Below are positions 13,950-25,198 of a stretch of DNA of 64,000 nt, piece by piece. Both the position numbers and the translations under genes were made by a program. The DNA lies in the NCBI RefSeq assembly GCF_001194135.2, contig NC_068984.1, forward strand, positions 1,704,782 through 1,768,781, given 5' to 3'. The stretch's first letter is position 1; every line of letters begins with the position of its first letter. Source of the DNA: Octopus bimaculoides (taxonomy: Eukaryota). Below the pieces are notes generated by a model. It was not told the DNA's origin, did not search any database, and was given only the letters and a program-made list of their open reading frames with translations.

Positions 13950-15490
13950 AAAAGGAGTGGCAGAAGGTAAGAGATTTGCCAATGTTCTTCAGGATTGCAA
14001 AAAATAGAGATGTGATGGGTGGGAAATGTGTGCGAATGGATAATGGAATGGTTGCACTTAGTGACTCAGAGAAGAAAGATGCATGGAAGTGTCGCTATGA
14101 AAGGTTACTAAATGTGGAAACTGCATAGGAGAAGGAAAGGCTTTCAAATATCGAACCAATTGGGTTGATAACAGTTTGATAGATAAAGCAATTAAGGACA
14201 TGAAGACAGGGAAAGCCCCTGGGCCATTGGGAATCGCTGCCGAGGGATTAAAATATCTGGTGGTGTAGGACTCAGCCTAGTCAACTGTATAGTTAATCAG
14301 GTTATTGAAGAAGGTGTCATTCTCAATGATTGGTGTAGTAGTATTATAGTTAGCTGCTACAAGAGTGAAGGTGATGCCTTAGATAGAAACAACTACAGAG
14401 GTATCAAACTGCTGGACCAGGTCCTGAAAGCTATAGAGAGAATCATAGCTCAATTGATTAGGCATAAAATTAAACTGGATGAGATGCAGTTGGTTTTGTG
14501 CCTGAGAAGAGTACCACAGATGCCATCTTCCTAGTGAGGCAGCTGCAGGAGAAGTATTTGGCCAAAAGTAAACCATTGTATATGGCTTTTGTCGATTTGG
14601 AGAAAGCTTTTGACAGAGTTCCCTGCACAGTTATCTGGAGGTCTTTAAGGAAGTTAGGAGCAGAGGAGTGGCTTGTTAGAGCTGTACAAGCCATGTACAG
14701 TGGTGTTGTCAGTAAGGTGAGAGTCAGCCATGAATATAGTGATGAATTTAGCATATAGGCAGGGGTTCACCAGGCCCCAGTTCTCAATCCACTCTTATTT
14801 ATTATAGTCCTTCAGGCCATAACAGGAATTTAAAACTGGCTGCCCATGGGAGCTACTATATGCTGATAACCTTGCTCTTATTGTGGAATCTGTAGCAGAA
14901 CTGGGGAAAAAATTCCAGGTTTGGAAGCAAAACCTGGAATCAAAGGGCCTTAAAATTAACTTCGCAAAGACCAAGTTGTTAGCAAGAAAGCAGATAAGAC
15001 TCTCTTTCTCTCGGGTAAATTGGCCCTTCTCAAAATGTAGGAAAAGAGTGGGAAGTAAGTCCCTTCATTGCACCCAGTGTAAGCTATGGACATGCGACAT
15101 GCAAGTGCAGTAGAATTACAAGTAGATCAACGGAGAAAGTCATTTTTGTATGCAGCGGATGTGCAGGAACGATAAGCACCAAGAGCGCACGGGACTTATA
15201 TTCTCTCAGATGCCCAGGAGGCTCTCTTGAGGTTGTAGATGGTTTCTGTTACCCAGGTGACCAAATTAGCAATGGTGGAGGATGCTCTGAAAGCATTATT
15301 TCTAGAATAAGAATTGGGTGGAGGAAGTTCTGAGAGCTATTACCTCTTTTGGCAACAAAAGGACTCTCTCTCTCAGAGTGAAAAGTAGACTATATGATGC
15401 TCGTGTACGAACGGCTATACTCCATGGTAGTGAAACATGAGCTCTGAATGCAGAAGACATGCATTGAGTGGAGAGAAATGAAGGTAGTAT
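13950..15490 (+). mobile_element. Decayed RTE LINE: reverse transcriptase plus Cys-rich region
   Basis: KSTTDAIFLVRQLQEKYLAKSKPLYMAFVDLEKAFDRVP, and ELLYADNLAL (YADD variant); multiple stops and frameshifts. Confidence 0.92.
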
Positions 15491-15496
15491 AACAAT

Positions 15497-15844
15497 AACA
15501 AGAGCACTCAGAGAGCGCAAACCCCCACCAAGGCAACACCAATGTCCACTCAATGATTAGCCAGAGATGATTTTTAAAATGAGAAAATCTGAAATAAACT
15601 TGACTACTCTCACAAATGAGAACACTAAAAAATCAAGTAAAAAAGCAGGAAAAATAATCCAGAATCCTTGTCTCTGGATCGAGCTCAAAATTTAATCAGT
15701 TCATGCCAGTCATGAGGCCAAACATCCCTGAAAGTTTCACTTGAATCCGTCGAGCGGTTCTTGAGATATCTTGTTTACAGACAAAACAAACAAACAAACA
15801 CAACTGAAAACAATACCTCCGCCTTTGCTAAGGTGGAGGTAATA
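15497..15844 (+). mobile_element. Helentron-associated (HINE-like) non-autonomous element truncating the RTE
   Basis: 5' subterminal acccccacc (about 15521) complementary to 3' ggtggaggt; 3' hairpin acctccgcc/ggtggaggt at 15815-15840; internal (ACAA)n. Confidence 0.6.
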
Positions 15845-16231
15845 AAATCAAATATAGACAGGAACAGATAATTTGTATGTTACTGTTGTTGAGGGTGGTA
15901 CTTTATGGGTAGCATCAGGGGGCATAGATTAGAATCAGCAGGTATAGGTTAGCATCAGGGGTTTTAGAAAATATAGAATAGTTTATCTTTTGTTCCAGTC
16001 ACTGGACTGTGGCCATACTGGGACAGCACTGCCTTGAAGGACGAATTGACTCCAGTATAGTTCCATATTTAAGAGATGAGGAATTATTTACATTCGATTC
16101 AGGTGAAACTTTCAGGCATGTTAACACGTTTCGGCTGATATACCCTCCAGCCTTCATCGGGTGTCTTGAGGAAATTTCGAACCTGGATTCTTATTCCTAA
16201 GGTATTTTACAATGTTATTATTATTGTTCAG

Positions 16232-16296
16232 GTCACTGCTAGGAATTGAACTTGCAATCTTGGATTTAGTAGCCCATGCTCTTAACCACTACGCCA
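16232..16296 (-). promoter_or_regulatory. tRNA-like Pol III A/B-box module inside the Penelope terminal repeat
   Basis: A box TGGCGTAGTGG (16296-16286), B box GTTCAATTCC (16251-16242), anticodon-arm-like gggctactaaatcc between them; not a full tRNA. Confidence 0.65.
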
Positions 16297-16653
16297 TATG
16301 CCTGTGGGCAATTATGGAGTGAATTTTAGGGCTTATAAATCTAATTTTTTTTTCTATCCTTCCTTAATACTGGTTCCCATATGCTGTTCATATCTGCACT
16401 CGGTCTGCTTACAAGGTTGTTGTGTCCTAGCATATGTTTCTGCTTCTTTTAGTTCTGGTATTTTTCAGTGGTGTTCTCTGTCTATTATTTTAACTTCATC
16501 CCACAGGGGGAGGTGGTCTCCATTTTTCCATGCATGATCAGCTATACCCGATTTATCAATATTGATAAATCGGGTAGCAGTGACCTGAACAATAATAATA
16601 ACAACATCAAGAACTACCTTAGGAATGAGAACCCAGGTTTGCAATTTCCCCAA

Positions 16654-16699
16654 GACACCTGATGAAGGCTGGAGGGTATATCAGCCGAAACGTTGTGTT
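16654..16699 (+). ncRNA. Minimal type I hammerhead ribozyme (Penelope-associated)
   Basis: gacac-CUGAUGA-a-GGCUG(gaggguauau)CAGCC-GAA-ACGU-U-guguu: complete core, stem II, palindromic helix III, stem I. Confidence 0.75.
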
Positions 16700-18990
16700 A
16701 ACAACAAACAAGATGAGGACAAATATCTGTCAAGCGTAAATAATTGACTCCAGTACTTTTTTCTTTTTTTTAAACCCTGGTCCTTATTCTTTTGGTTTCT
16801 TTTGCTGAACTGTTAAGTTATGGGGACAGAAACAAACCAACACTAGTAGTCACGTGGGTGGGGGTGCATGAACACAAAGGCACACACTGTGTGGGAGCCT
16901 GTCTCTGCTTTGTGTCTCTGTATGTGTCTCTGCTTTCCCCCCCACCACTTGATAATTAGTGTTGGTTTGTTTATGTTCCTATAAATAGCAGTTTGACAAA
17001 AGAGCCTTTATACAATAAACACCAGACTTAGAAATAAGTCCTGAGGTTGATTTGTTTGACAAAATCCTTCAAGGTGGTGCTCCAGTATGGCCATAATCCA
17101 ATGACTGGAACAAGTAAAAAAAAAAAAAAAAAAAGGTAAACTATCCTGTGTTTGAATGAATGAAATGAACTGAGTTGTCAACAGAGAATGTAGAAAATCT
17201 TGCAAGGATTGAGATGTGTTATTTCGTTTGAGAAACGTAAGTTTTAAACAAATCTCTTAATTCAAAAGAACAAGTGGAGATGTTTTAATCTATTCTATGT
17301 TGGACTTGCTTATCCCAGAACACCAAAGTGAAACGGGGTCATGATAAAGAATCCTTTTTTCCTGTGACTATTGAATGGTTTGCACAGTGAGTCACATTGG
17401 AGGATTTCAGAAATTACACAAACCATATGCAAGGCTGTCAAGTGGTAGAATAATTCTTTGATGCACTGAAGAATTTCTATGCAGACAGATAACAAAACTG
17501 GAAAAATAAGAACTGAATGAAGTGTTGTCCTCAGTTAGCACCAGCTCCATGGCTAACCATTCCACTTTTTTCTTTTCTTAATCATCAAGACAATGGGGCT
17601 GAGAATACCTTGGTAAAAGCAAAATTATTGCTCCAAAATTGAATGAACTGCAGGAATCTCCATTGGAAATTAAAATGATGATGACGATGGTGATGGTGGT
17701 GGTGGTGGTGGTATATAATTGTTTTAATGTCTATTTTCCCATTCTTGCATGGATAAGATGAAATTTGTTGAAACAGATTTTCCATGGCCACATGCTTTCC
17801 TTCTCACCAACACTCGTGTTTCCAAGCATATTTTCACAAAAGGAGCAGAAATGAAGAATGAGGCTTGTAAGATTGGGACATCTTTTTTATTTACAACTAC
17901 CACATGATGCCAAGACAAGGAGACACAAGCATACACACACCCACACACACACATACATACACACACACATACACACACAAATATATACATACATATATGC
18001 ACACATATACACATACACACACACACACATATATACATATACATACACTCACATAAGCATACACACATACACACACACACACACAGAGGTATGGCTGTGC
18101 GGTGAAGAAGTTTACTCCCCAATGGCATTGTTTTGTGGTTAGTTGCACAGTGTGGCACTTTTGGCCAAGTTGTGAGTGGATTTGCTAGAGGGAAACTGAA
18201 AGAAGCCTATTGTACATGATCATCATCATTGCTTTAGTCTCTACTACTCCATGAATGCATGGAGCAGATAGAATTTGTCGAGGCAGACTTTCTACAGTTG
18301 GATGCTCTTGCTGTTGCCAATCCTTGTCTGCTTTCATGCAGGCTATTTATTTCCTCATGGCTGGATTGAAAAGGAATAAGACTGTTTGTATGATAGTGAC
18401 ACTTGCTTACAACTCTTGACAGGCTTCTTTCAGTTTCCATCTGCCATATCCACTCATAAGGCATTGGTCGGCCTGTGGTTATAGTAGAAGACACTTGTCC
18501 AAGATGCCATGCAGTGGAACGGAACCTGGAACCATGTGGTTGGGAAGCAAGCTTCTCAATCCCACAAACCTTCTCTATACTAAACACATACATACAGTCA
18601 CATTTATAATTTGTATGTCGGTGTTAATTTGATTGTATGAAAAAGAACACAATAGAATGAACTAAGGAGGATAATCCAAGTGGATTAAAGGTATGGATTT
18701 ACTCAAGGGTTGATGAGCTGAAGGATGTATGCAAACAATTTTTTCGATGGATTAGAATTTTAACTCTTGGAGAAAAATATCAAAACTCGAGCAGAAATAG
18801 TGACTCTCAGAGAAAACGGTAATAGAGGGTGGTGGGGATGGTGGCGTTAGAGATGGCACAGATGGTGGTGGTGGTGGTGATATTTTGTTAATGTCACTCA
18901 GTGCATCACTGTTAAAAATGTGTTGCCGTGTGTATATTCTTTTTACTTTTTGCTTCAGACATTGGACTGCGGCCATGCAAGGGTACTGCC

Positions 18991-19109
18991 GGCAGAGGTA
19001 AAGAATACGCACACCACCCTAACCCTAAAACTAACTCTAAACCGTAACCCTAGCCCTAAACTTTAATCCTAACCCTAAACACCGGGTTTGCATATTCTTT
19101 ACCTTCGCC
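18991..19109. mobile_element. MITE with TIRs and telomere-like (TAACCC)n interior, inserted in a SINE
   Basis: ggtaaagaatacgcacacc (18997-19015) vs revcomp of 19085-19103 matches at 17/19; degenerate ccctaa repeats at 19017-19080. Confidence 0.75.
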
Positions 19110-19745
19110 AAATATCCTCCCGTACTTCTTTTATAAGTTTAATACCTAGTCTATCGGTCTTTTAGACGAATCGCTAGTTTCAGGGACGTAAGTAAACCAA
19201 CACCAGTTGTCAAGCGGTGGAGGAGACAAACACAAAGTGACGCGCACACACACACGTACACACACGCACCCGCACACACATACACACGTTAATTACCTAT
19301 AATCATTGTATGGTTTTGTGTCTCATGCAACGTAGATTACTGTTGCATCATAAATTTAAGCCAAGTAAAAGATAAAGTAAACCATTTAATACAACGTATT
19401 AAACTGTTTTCTGAGCGGTATACGGACATGACCTTAGTTGCGATAATTAATACAGACAAAAGGTCAACCACCCGTACAGAGAAATTATATTATTTCAACA
19501 TTTAAATTCAATTTTTTGTTGATATGTTATTTTTTAAACCCGTGATTCAGGTTCCATAACTAAAATTCCGGGCGCTCGGGCTAAAAGGGCCCAAAGTTCA
19601 CCGGTTGTTTATTCAAAGGCCACTATTTTTGTGTGTACACCGGTCTTTTCCGTCAGTTAAATATGTAAGCGTCGCCCATAAGTGGAGTGAAGTTTGTTTT
19701 TTCTTTTATTTCTCGCCATTCAGCTATTTATTTTATTTATTTATC

Positions 19746-21755
19746 ATGAATATCATACCATTATTGTGCGGTTTTGTGACTGTTATTATTATTATAATAG
19801 CATTCATTTATGATTTAACCGAACCAGGCAATTCTTTGAACCCTACCGAAGTATATTACTCTGTCACCAAAGAGAACGGCAAAGCTTTAAAACAAGATGA
19901 GGATAACACTGTTTTGAACGGAGAACACGACAAAATATTCTGGTTTATTCAGGTAACTGATATGCATTTTAGTATATTCCGTGACTTAAAAAGAGGACCG
20001 GATTTAATACGATTTTGTCAATCCCAGATAAGTATCATTCGTCCAAAGTTTGTTATCGTTTCGGGTGACATTGTAGATGCGAAAAGTGAAAATTTGCTTG
20101 GTTCACAACAATATTTAGCTGAATGGAAAATTTACCAGCAAGTGACGGATGAGTGTGCTCGAGTGGTGCAAGGACAATGGTTCGATATTCGAGGAAACCA
20201 CGATGTTTTCGATGTGCCCCACGTTAATAGTTCAAATAACTATTTTAAACGCTACACAACTCAGAAGAGGTTCAGCAACCAAACCTCATACATGTTTGAT
20301 TTCAATACCGGTTACGGTCGTTATACATTCATTGGTATAGATGCTTGCTTAGCACCCGGTCCGAGAAGGCCGTTTAATTTCTTTGGACGGCTGAGAGAGC
20401 AGGATGTGGACCAATTGTTGGAATATACGCACAAAAGTCGCAATAGTAACCTAACGATATGGTTTAGTCATTATCCAACTTCTTTCATCATCTACCCAGA
20501 CTTACGTTCGGTAATGAAAAGAGGCATCGCTCACTTATCTGGACATCTACACACGCTAGGTGGACATGTTCCTAATATGTACACACGCCAAAAGACCGGA
20601 ATGCTGGAATTAGAATTAGGGGACTGGAAAGATAACCGAATGTTTCGCCTTCTCGCTATTGATCACGACCTTTTATCGTTCACCGATGAAGTAATCAACA
20701 CCTGGCCACTTGTTCTCATCACTAATCCGAAACATGCTCTGTTTTTGGCACCCAGGCACGAACCTTTATACAGGATTGCCACGTCAACGCACATAAGGAT
20801 ACTAGCATTTAGCTCCAGCCTCATCAAACATGTGAATGTCTCTATCGATAATATATTTCTTGGATCAGCAGAACCTGTAAGAGATGGTCTTTTTGTGTTG
20901 CCCTGGCAACCGGCTTCTTACGCAAAAGGTTTACACAAAATATCGGTCTCAGTCGCAGACTCTCAGGGACATCAAAAGACTGTCGAACAACCATTCTCTA
21001 TTGACAACAGTCAACCGAACTTCAATTTTGTACCGAAGCTGTTGTTAATGATGAATCATTTTGTGGTCGGTAAAGTATTATTTTGGAGCATTTTCTTACT
21101 TTGGCTGACTATTTTAATTTTACTTCGAAACTGTTATAGAATCAGAAACTATCTTTTCATTTCGGACGTCCGTATTATTGATTCAGTGTGCGGCTGGTGT
21201 AACTTTTGGATTATGTTGCTCTGGAAATTAACGCAAGTGGATAAATTATTTTATATTGTTATCTTCACATGCATCTATACTGGTATTGGGCCATGGTTTA
21301 TTGGAGAATTCCTCGAAAATGAAATCGGTGCCATGTTTGTATGGGGCATCGTTGTTATGAAGTCTTATATACCTGGTAGTTTTACATACTTTTTCGGTAT
21401 TTTTCAGTTTATTACTTTCAACATACCACTAACATTTTATGTGAGTTATTACTTTGATAGAGTTAATTACAAATTCCAGTGTTGGAATCGTTCGTGTCAC
21501 AATCGACAGAATCACCGATTTTGGCTCCCTACATGGTGGTTAGTAATGATGGAGATTCCATTTATCTGTTTCTTTTTATTTCAATCCTACCTCGCCTTAA
21601 CCGGTTTCCCCAAAGCCTATGGCATCATGGCATTTTACACATGTCCTGTACGAACATGGAGTGCTGTATTTCTGGTTGGTATAAATATTTATACATACCG
21701 ATTAGCTTGCAGGGACCCTCCAGTGATGCGACGTTCACCAAGTCAAGATAGATAA
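19746..21755 (+). CDS. TMEM62: Transmembrane protein 62: calcineurin-like metallophosphoesterase domain plus multi-pass C-terminus; single exon, 669 aa
   Basis: Uninterrupted ORF. N-terminal hydrophobic helix; motifs TDMH, SGDIVD, RGNHD, FSHYP, SGHLH, ELELGDWKDNR; several C-terminal TM segments (GPWFIG...YGIMAF). First in-frame ATG is 19746 (the ORF-track start 19605 is TTG). Confidence 0.92.
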   Translation: MNIIPLLCGFVTVIIIIIAFIYDLTEPGNSLNPTEVYYSVTKENGKALKQDEDNTVLNGEHDKIFWFIQVTDMHFSIFRDLKRGPDLIRFCQSQISIIRPKFVIVSGDIVDAKSENLLGSQQYLAEWKIYQQVTDECARVVQGQWFDIRGNHDVFDVPHVNSSNNYFKRYTTQKRFSNQTSYMFDFNTGYGRYTFIGIDACLAPGPRRPFNFFGRLREQDVDQLLEYTHKSRNSNLTIWFSHYPTSFIIYPDLRSVMKRGIAHLSGHLHTLGGHVPNMYTRQKTGMLELELGDWKDNRMFRLLAIDHDLLSFTDEVINTWPLVLITNPKHALFLAPRHEPLYRIATSTHIRILAFSSSLIKHVNVSIDNIFLGSAEPVRDGLFVLPWQPASYAKGLHKISVSVADSQGHQKTVEQPFSIDNSQPNFNFVPKLLLMMNHFVVGKVLFWSIFLLWLTILILLRNCYRIRNYLFISDVRIIDSVCGWCNFWIMLLWKLTQVDKLFYIVIFTCIYTGIGPWFIGEFLENEIGAMFVWGIVVMKSYIPGSFTYFFGIFQFITFNIPLTFYVSYYFDRVNYKFQCWNRSCHNRQNHRFWLPTWWLVMMEIPFICFFLFQSYLALTGFPKAYGIMAFYTCPVRTWSAVFLVGINIYTYRLACRDPPVMRRSPSQDR

Positions 21756-22393
21756 AAAAAAAATGATTTCGTATATGGTATTATTTTAATTGTTGTTATT
21801 ACAAAGCTGTGTTCGTTTATTGATACATTGCTATCAAAAGTTCTTAAGCTGCTGCTTTGAAACTTGGTGCACTGGTTTCCACATCACAAAGGGTGTTTTG
21901 GCAACACGAGTGGTCTAAAAAAAAAAAAAAGGAAACTTATTCTCTTATCCCTCCTCTCACCGTGTAAAATGTGATTGAAAATTTTCTATTAAAATGATCG
22001 AAATCAGCTGATGGTGTATATATATGATATGCAGACCAGTAAGGAGGTAACAAGTGACAATTCAACAGATGTCACAAACGTTGGTTCACGCCTGTGAGTT
22101 GTCTCAAACGATATTTGTACTCTATGTATTTATTTCACTGTCTCAGTTAAACCAGTTTGTGTAAATTTGTCAATATTTCTTTGTGTCTGAATATCATCAA
22201 GTGACCGTAAATATGAGAGTTATTCACTCCAAGCTGCGACTCATCACCAATAGGTAACGAATTTTATAGGATTTAAGTCTAATGAATGAAGAATGTTTAA
22301 TATAGCCACAATGTAAGCCAGCAAAGTTACAAACGGAAAAAAATGTAAAAAGAAAGACTGAATAGTGACATGGGGACCTTGGAACCAGTTTGG

Positions 22394-22442
<49 letters not shown>

Positions 22443-23291
22443 TGTGTTTACAAACAAAGGGAGTAAGTACTCAATACATAAGTTGAGTGTTAATACTTAT
22501 TGACATTACTCTTTGTTACTAGAGTTTTCCTAGTATCACCGATCACAATACGGATTTCCAGTGATTANNNNNNNNNNNNNNNNNNNNNNNNNNNNNNNNN
22601 NNNNNNNNNNNNNNNNNNNNNNNNNNNNNNNNNNNNNNNNNNNNNNNNNNNNNNNNNNNNNNNNNNNNNNNNNNNNNNNNNNNNNNNNNNNNNNNNNNNN
22701 NNNNNNNNNNNNNNNNNNNNNNNNNNNNNNNNNNNNNNNNNNNNNNNNNNNNNNNNNNNNNNNNNNNNNNNNNNNNNNNNNNNNNNNNNNNNNNNNNNNN
22801 NNNNNNNNNNNNNNNNNNNNNNNNNNNNNNNNNNNNNNNNNNNNNNNNNNNNNNNNNNNNNNNNNNNNNNNNNNNNNNNNNNNNNNNNNNNNNNNNNNNN
22901 NNNNNNNNNNNNNNNNNNNNNNNNNNNNNNNNNNNNNNNNNNNNNNNNNNNNNNNNNNNNNNNNNNNNNNNNNNNNNNNNNNNNNNNNNNNNNNNNNNNN
23001 NNNNNNNNNNNNNNNNNNNNNNNNNNNNNNNNNNNNNNNNNNNNNNNNNNNNNNNNNNNNNNNNNNNNNNNNNNNNNNNNNNNNNNNNNNNNNNNNNNNN
23101 NNNNNNNNNNNNNNNNNNNNNNNNNNNNNNNNNNNNNNNNNNNNNNNNNNNNNNNNNNNNNNNNNNNNNNNCCTCTGGCAATCTTGTTCATAAATATGAA
23201 ATAAATATGAAAGACACAATTTTAAATTGATTTATTATATTCTTACAGCATGACCAGCAAAGTGAATGTTTGTTAAACCTCATCAGAGAAA

Positions 23292-23635
23292 TAAAGATTG
23301 CTTGCCAACATAACATGACAGTCCTGGTTTAGGACGAATGTTGCTGTAATTTAGCCCCAGGAGACATCATCTCCAGCTGGCTATACGACATGATCTGTGT
23401 CCCTATATTTTTGAACAAGGAAATCTAGCACCTCCACTCTGCTCAAAATAACCCGGAAATTACAATACACAGATATTGTTTTGAGCTGAGTGGGGGTGCT
23501 AGATTCCCTTGTTTGAAAATATAAGGGCACAGATCATGTCATATAGCGAGCTGGAGACGATGTCACTTGGGGCTAAATTACAGCAACGTTCATCCTAAAC
23601 CAGTGCTGCCATGTTATGTTGGCAAACAATCTTTA
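23292..23635. mobile_element. Foldback MITE, arms about 157 bp
   Basis: 23292-23448 is the reverse complement of 23479-23635 with scattered substitutions. Confidence 0.85.
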
Positions 23636-24812
23636 CTCCAAAGTACTGTTGCTGAATATTTCTTGTGAGATTTATAAATAGTAATTTTCTCATCAGAGAA
23701 GTTATACATACACACACATATACATGTGTGTACATACCTGAACTTGTATTGAAACACATACATGTCAATAGCACACAAACACATGCTAATTACACAACAC
23801 AACATTGATTATTATTTGTAGTCTGTAATTCACACAAGTTTTTGCCAATGTATAATGCAACTGTAATGTTTTCTATGGATGTATATTACATACGCATGCA
23901 CACATCTATCTATCTATCTACCTATCTATGTGTGTGTCTATTTATATATGGTGCTGGTGCCATGTAAAACGCACATAGCCCACTCTGTAATATGGAAGGG
24001 CATCCAACTCTAAAAACCATGCCAAAGGAGACAGTGGGGCTTGGTGCAGTCCTCTGGCTTGCCAGCTCTTGTCAAACTGTCCAACCCGTGTCAGCACGGA
24101 AGGTGGACACTAAATGATGATGGTGATATTTGTATGTATTTTGTGTTACACTAAGGAATTTCGACTCGAGTCAAGTATAGCAAACTCCTCCAGATTGTTA
24201 GAATATCCGCATAAATGGAATTAAGAGTGGATAGTTCTTGAATTGAGTCATGTAAGTTGTAATAATGAAGTCAAACCAAATAATATTTTGAAATGGTTTA
24301 GAATATATCTTTTGGGTCTGCATAATATAGAGTTGGAAACAAATCCATTATGTAAGAATTACATAGACCTGAAACACATGTATTAAATGATTTCAAAATA
24401 TCACTATTTTTGGTTTGACTTCATGATTATAACTTCATTGCGTGTATGTGTGTATGTGTGTGATCATTTGAAGTCTGTTTTCCATGCTGGTGGGGTTTCG
24501 ATGGTGAACCAGGAAGCCAGAGGACTGCACCAGACTTCTTCAGTGTCTACTTTGGCACAGTGCCAACCACCTTACAGATTGTCCTCGGTCCTTTTTATGT
24601 GGCACCAGCACCATTGAAGTCCCCAAGTAACTTGCAAGGCAGGCCCCCCCCCCCACTCCTCAACAGAATCGTTGGCTTTATGCCAGGTGGGAAGAGGTTC
24701 AGGCATGACAAAGCAACAACTACTGTTGTCTGTTTGTAGACCAAAAGTTATTTTATGAAACCATTTTCATGTTAGACTGAAGACTTCGTTGTTTTTTTTA
24801 GTTGAGGACATT

Positions 24813-25198
24813 CTTTTACTTGTTTCAGTCATTTGACTGCGGCCAGGCTGGAGCATCGCCTTTAGTCAAACAGATCACCCTCAGGGCTTATTCTTTGTAA
24901 GCCTAGTACTTATTCTATCGATCTGTTTTGCCGAACCACTAAGTTATGGGGATGTAAACACACCAGCATCGGTTGTCAAGCGATGTTGTGGGGACAAACA
25001 AACACAAATATATACACACACATGCATGCATATACATACATATACGACAGGTTTGTTTCAGTTTCCGTCTACCAAATCCATTCACAAGGCTTTGGTCGGT
25101 CTGAGGCTATCGTAGAAGTCACTTGCCCAAAGTGCCATGCAGTGGGACTGAACCCAGAACCATGTGGTTGGTAAGCAAGCTACTTACCACACAGCCAT
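24813..25198 (-). mobile_element. Near full-length tRNA/CORE-type SINE
   Basis: On minus: ggctgtgtggtaagtagcttgctt...ggttctgggttcagtcccactgcatggcactttgggcaagtg (CORE-like)...gactgaaacaagtaaaag. Partial copies at about 880-975, 9835-9990, 18070-18560, 29680-29965, 49375-49495, 51375-51530, 62500-62700. Confidence 0.75.

Larger units (their letters stand above)
16058..16741 (-). mobile_element. 5'-truncated Penelope-like element with inverted terminal-repeat piece, inserted in a SINE
   Basis: 14-bp TSD aattgactccagta (16044-16057 and 16742-16755). Minus strand encodes GIY-YIG C-terminus DKSGIADHAWKNGDHLPLWDEVKIIDREHH*KIPELKEA. 32-bp palindromic inversion junction at 16545-16576; terminal repeat present in both orientations. 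Confidence 0.85.

Noticed and set aside
16232-16296. A genuine tRNA gene
   Set aside because: Acceptor stem does not close and the module is embedded in a repeat; treated as tRNA-derived
19605-19745. N-terminal extension of the TMEM62 ORF from the TTG start
   Set aside because: Non-ATG start over T-rich leader sequence; the ATG at 19746 begins the hydrophobic anchor
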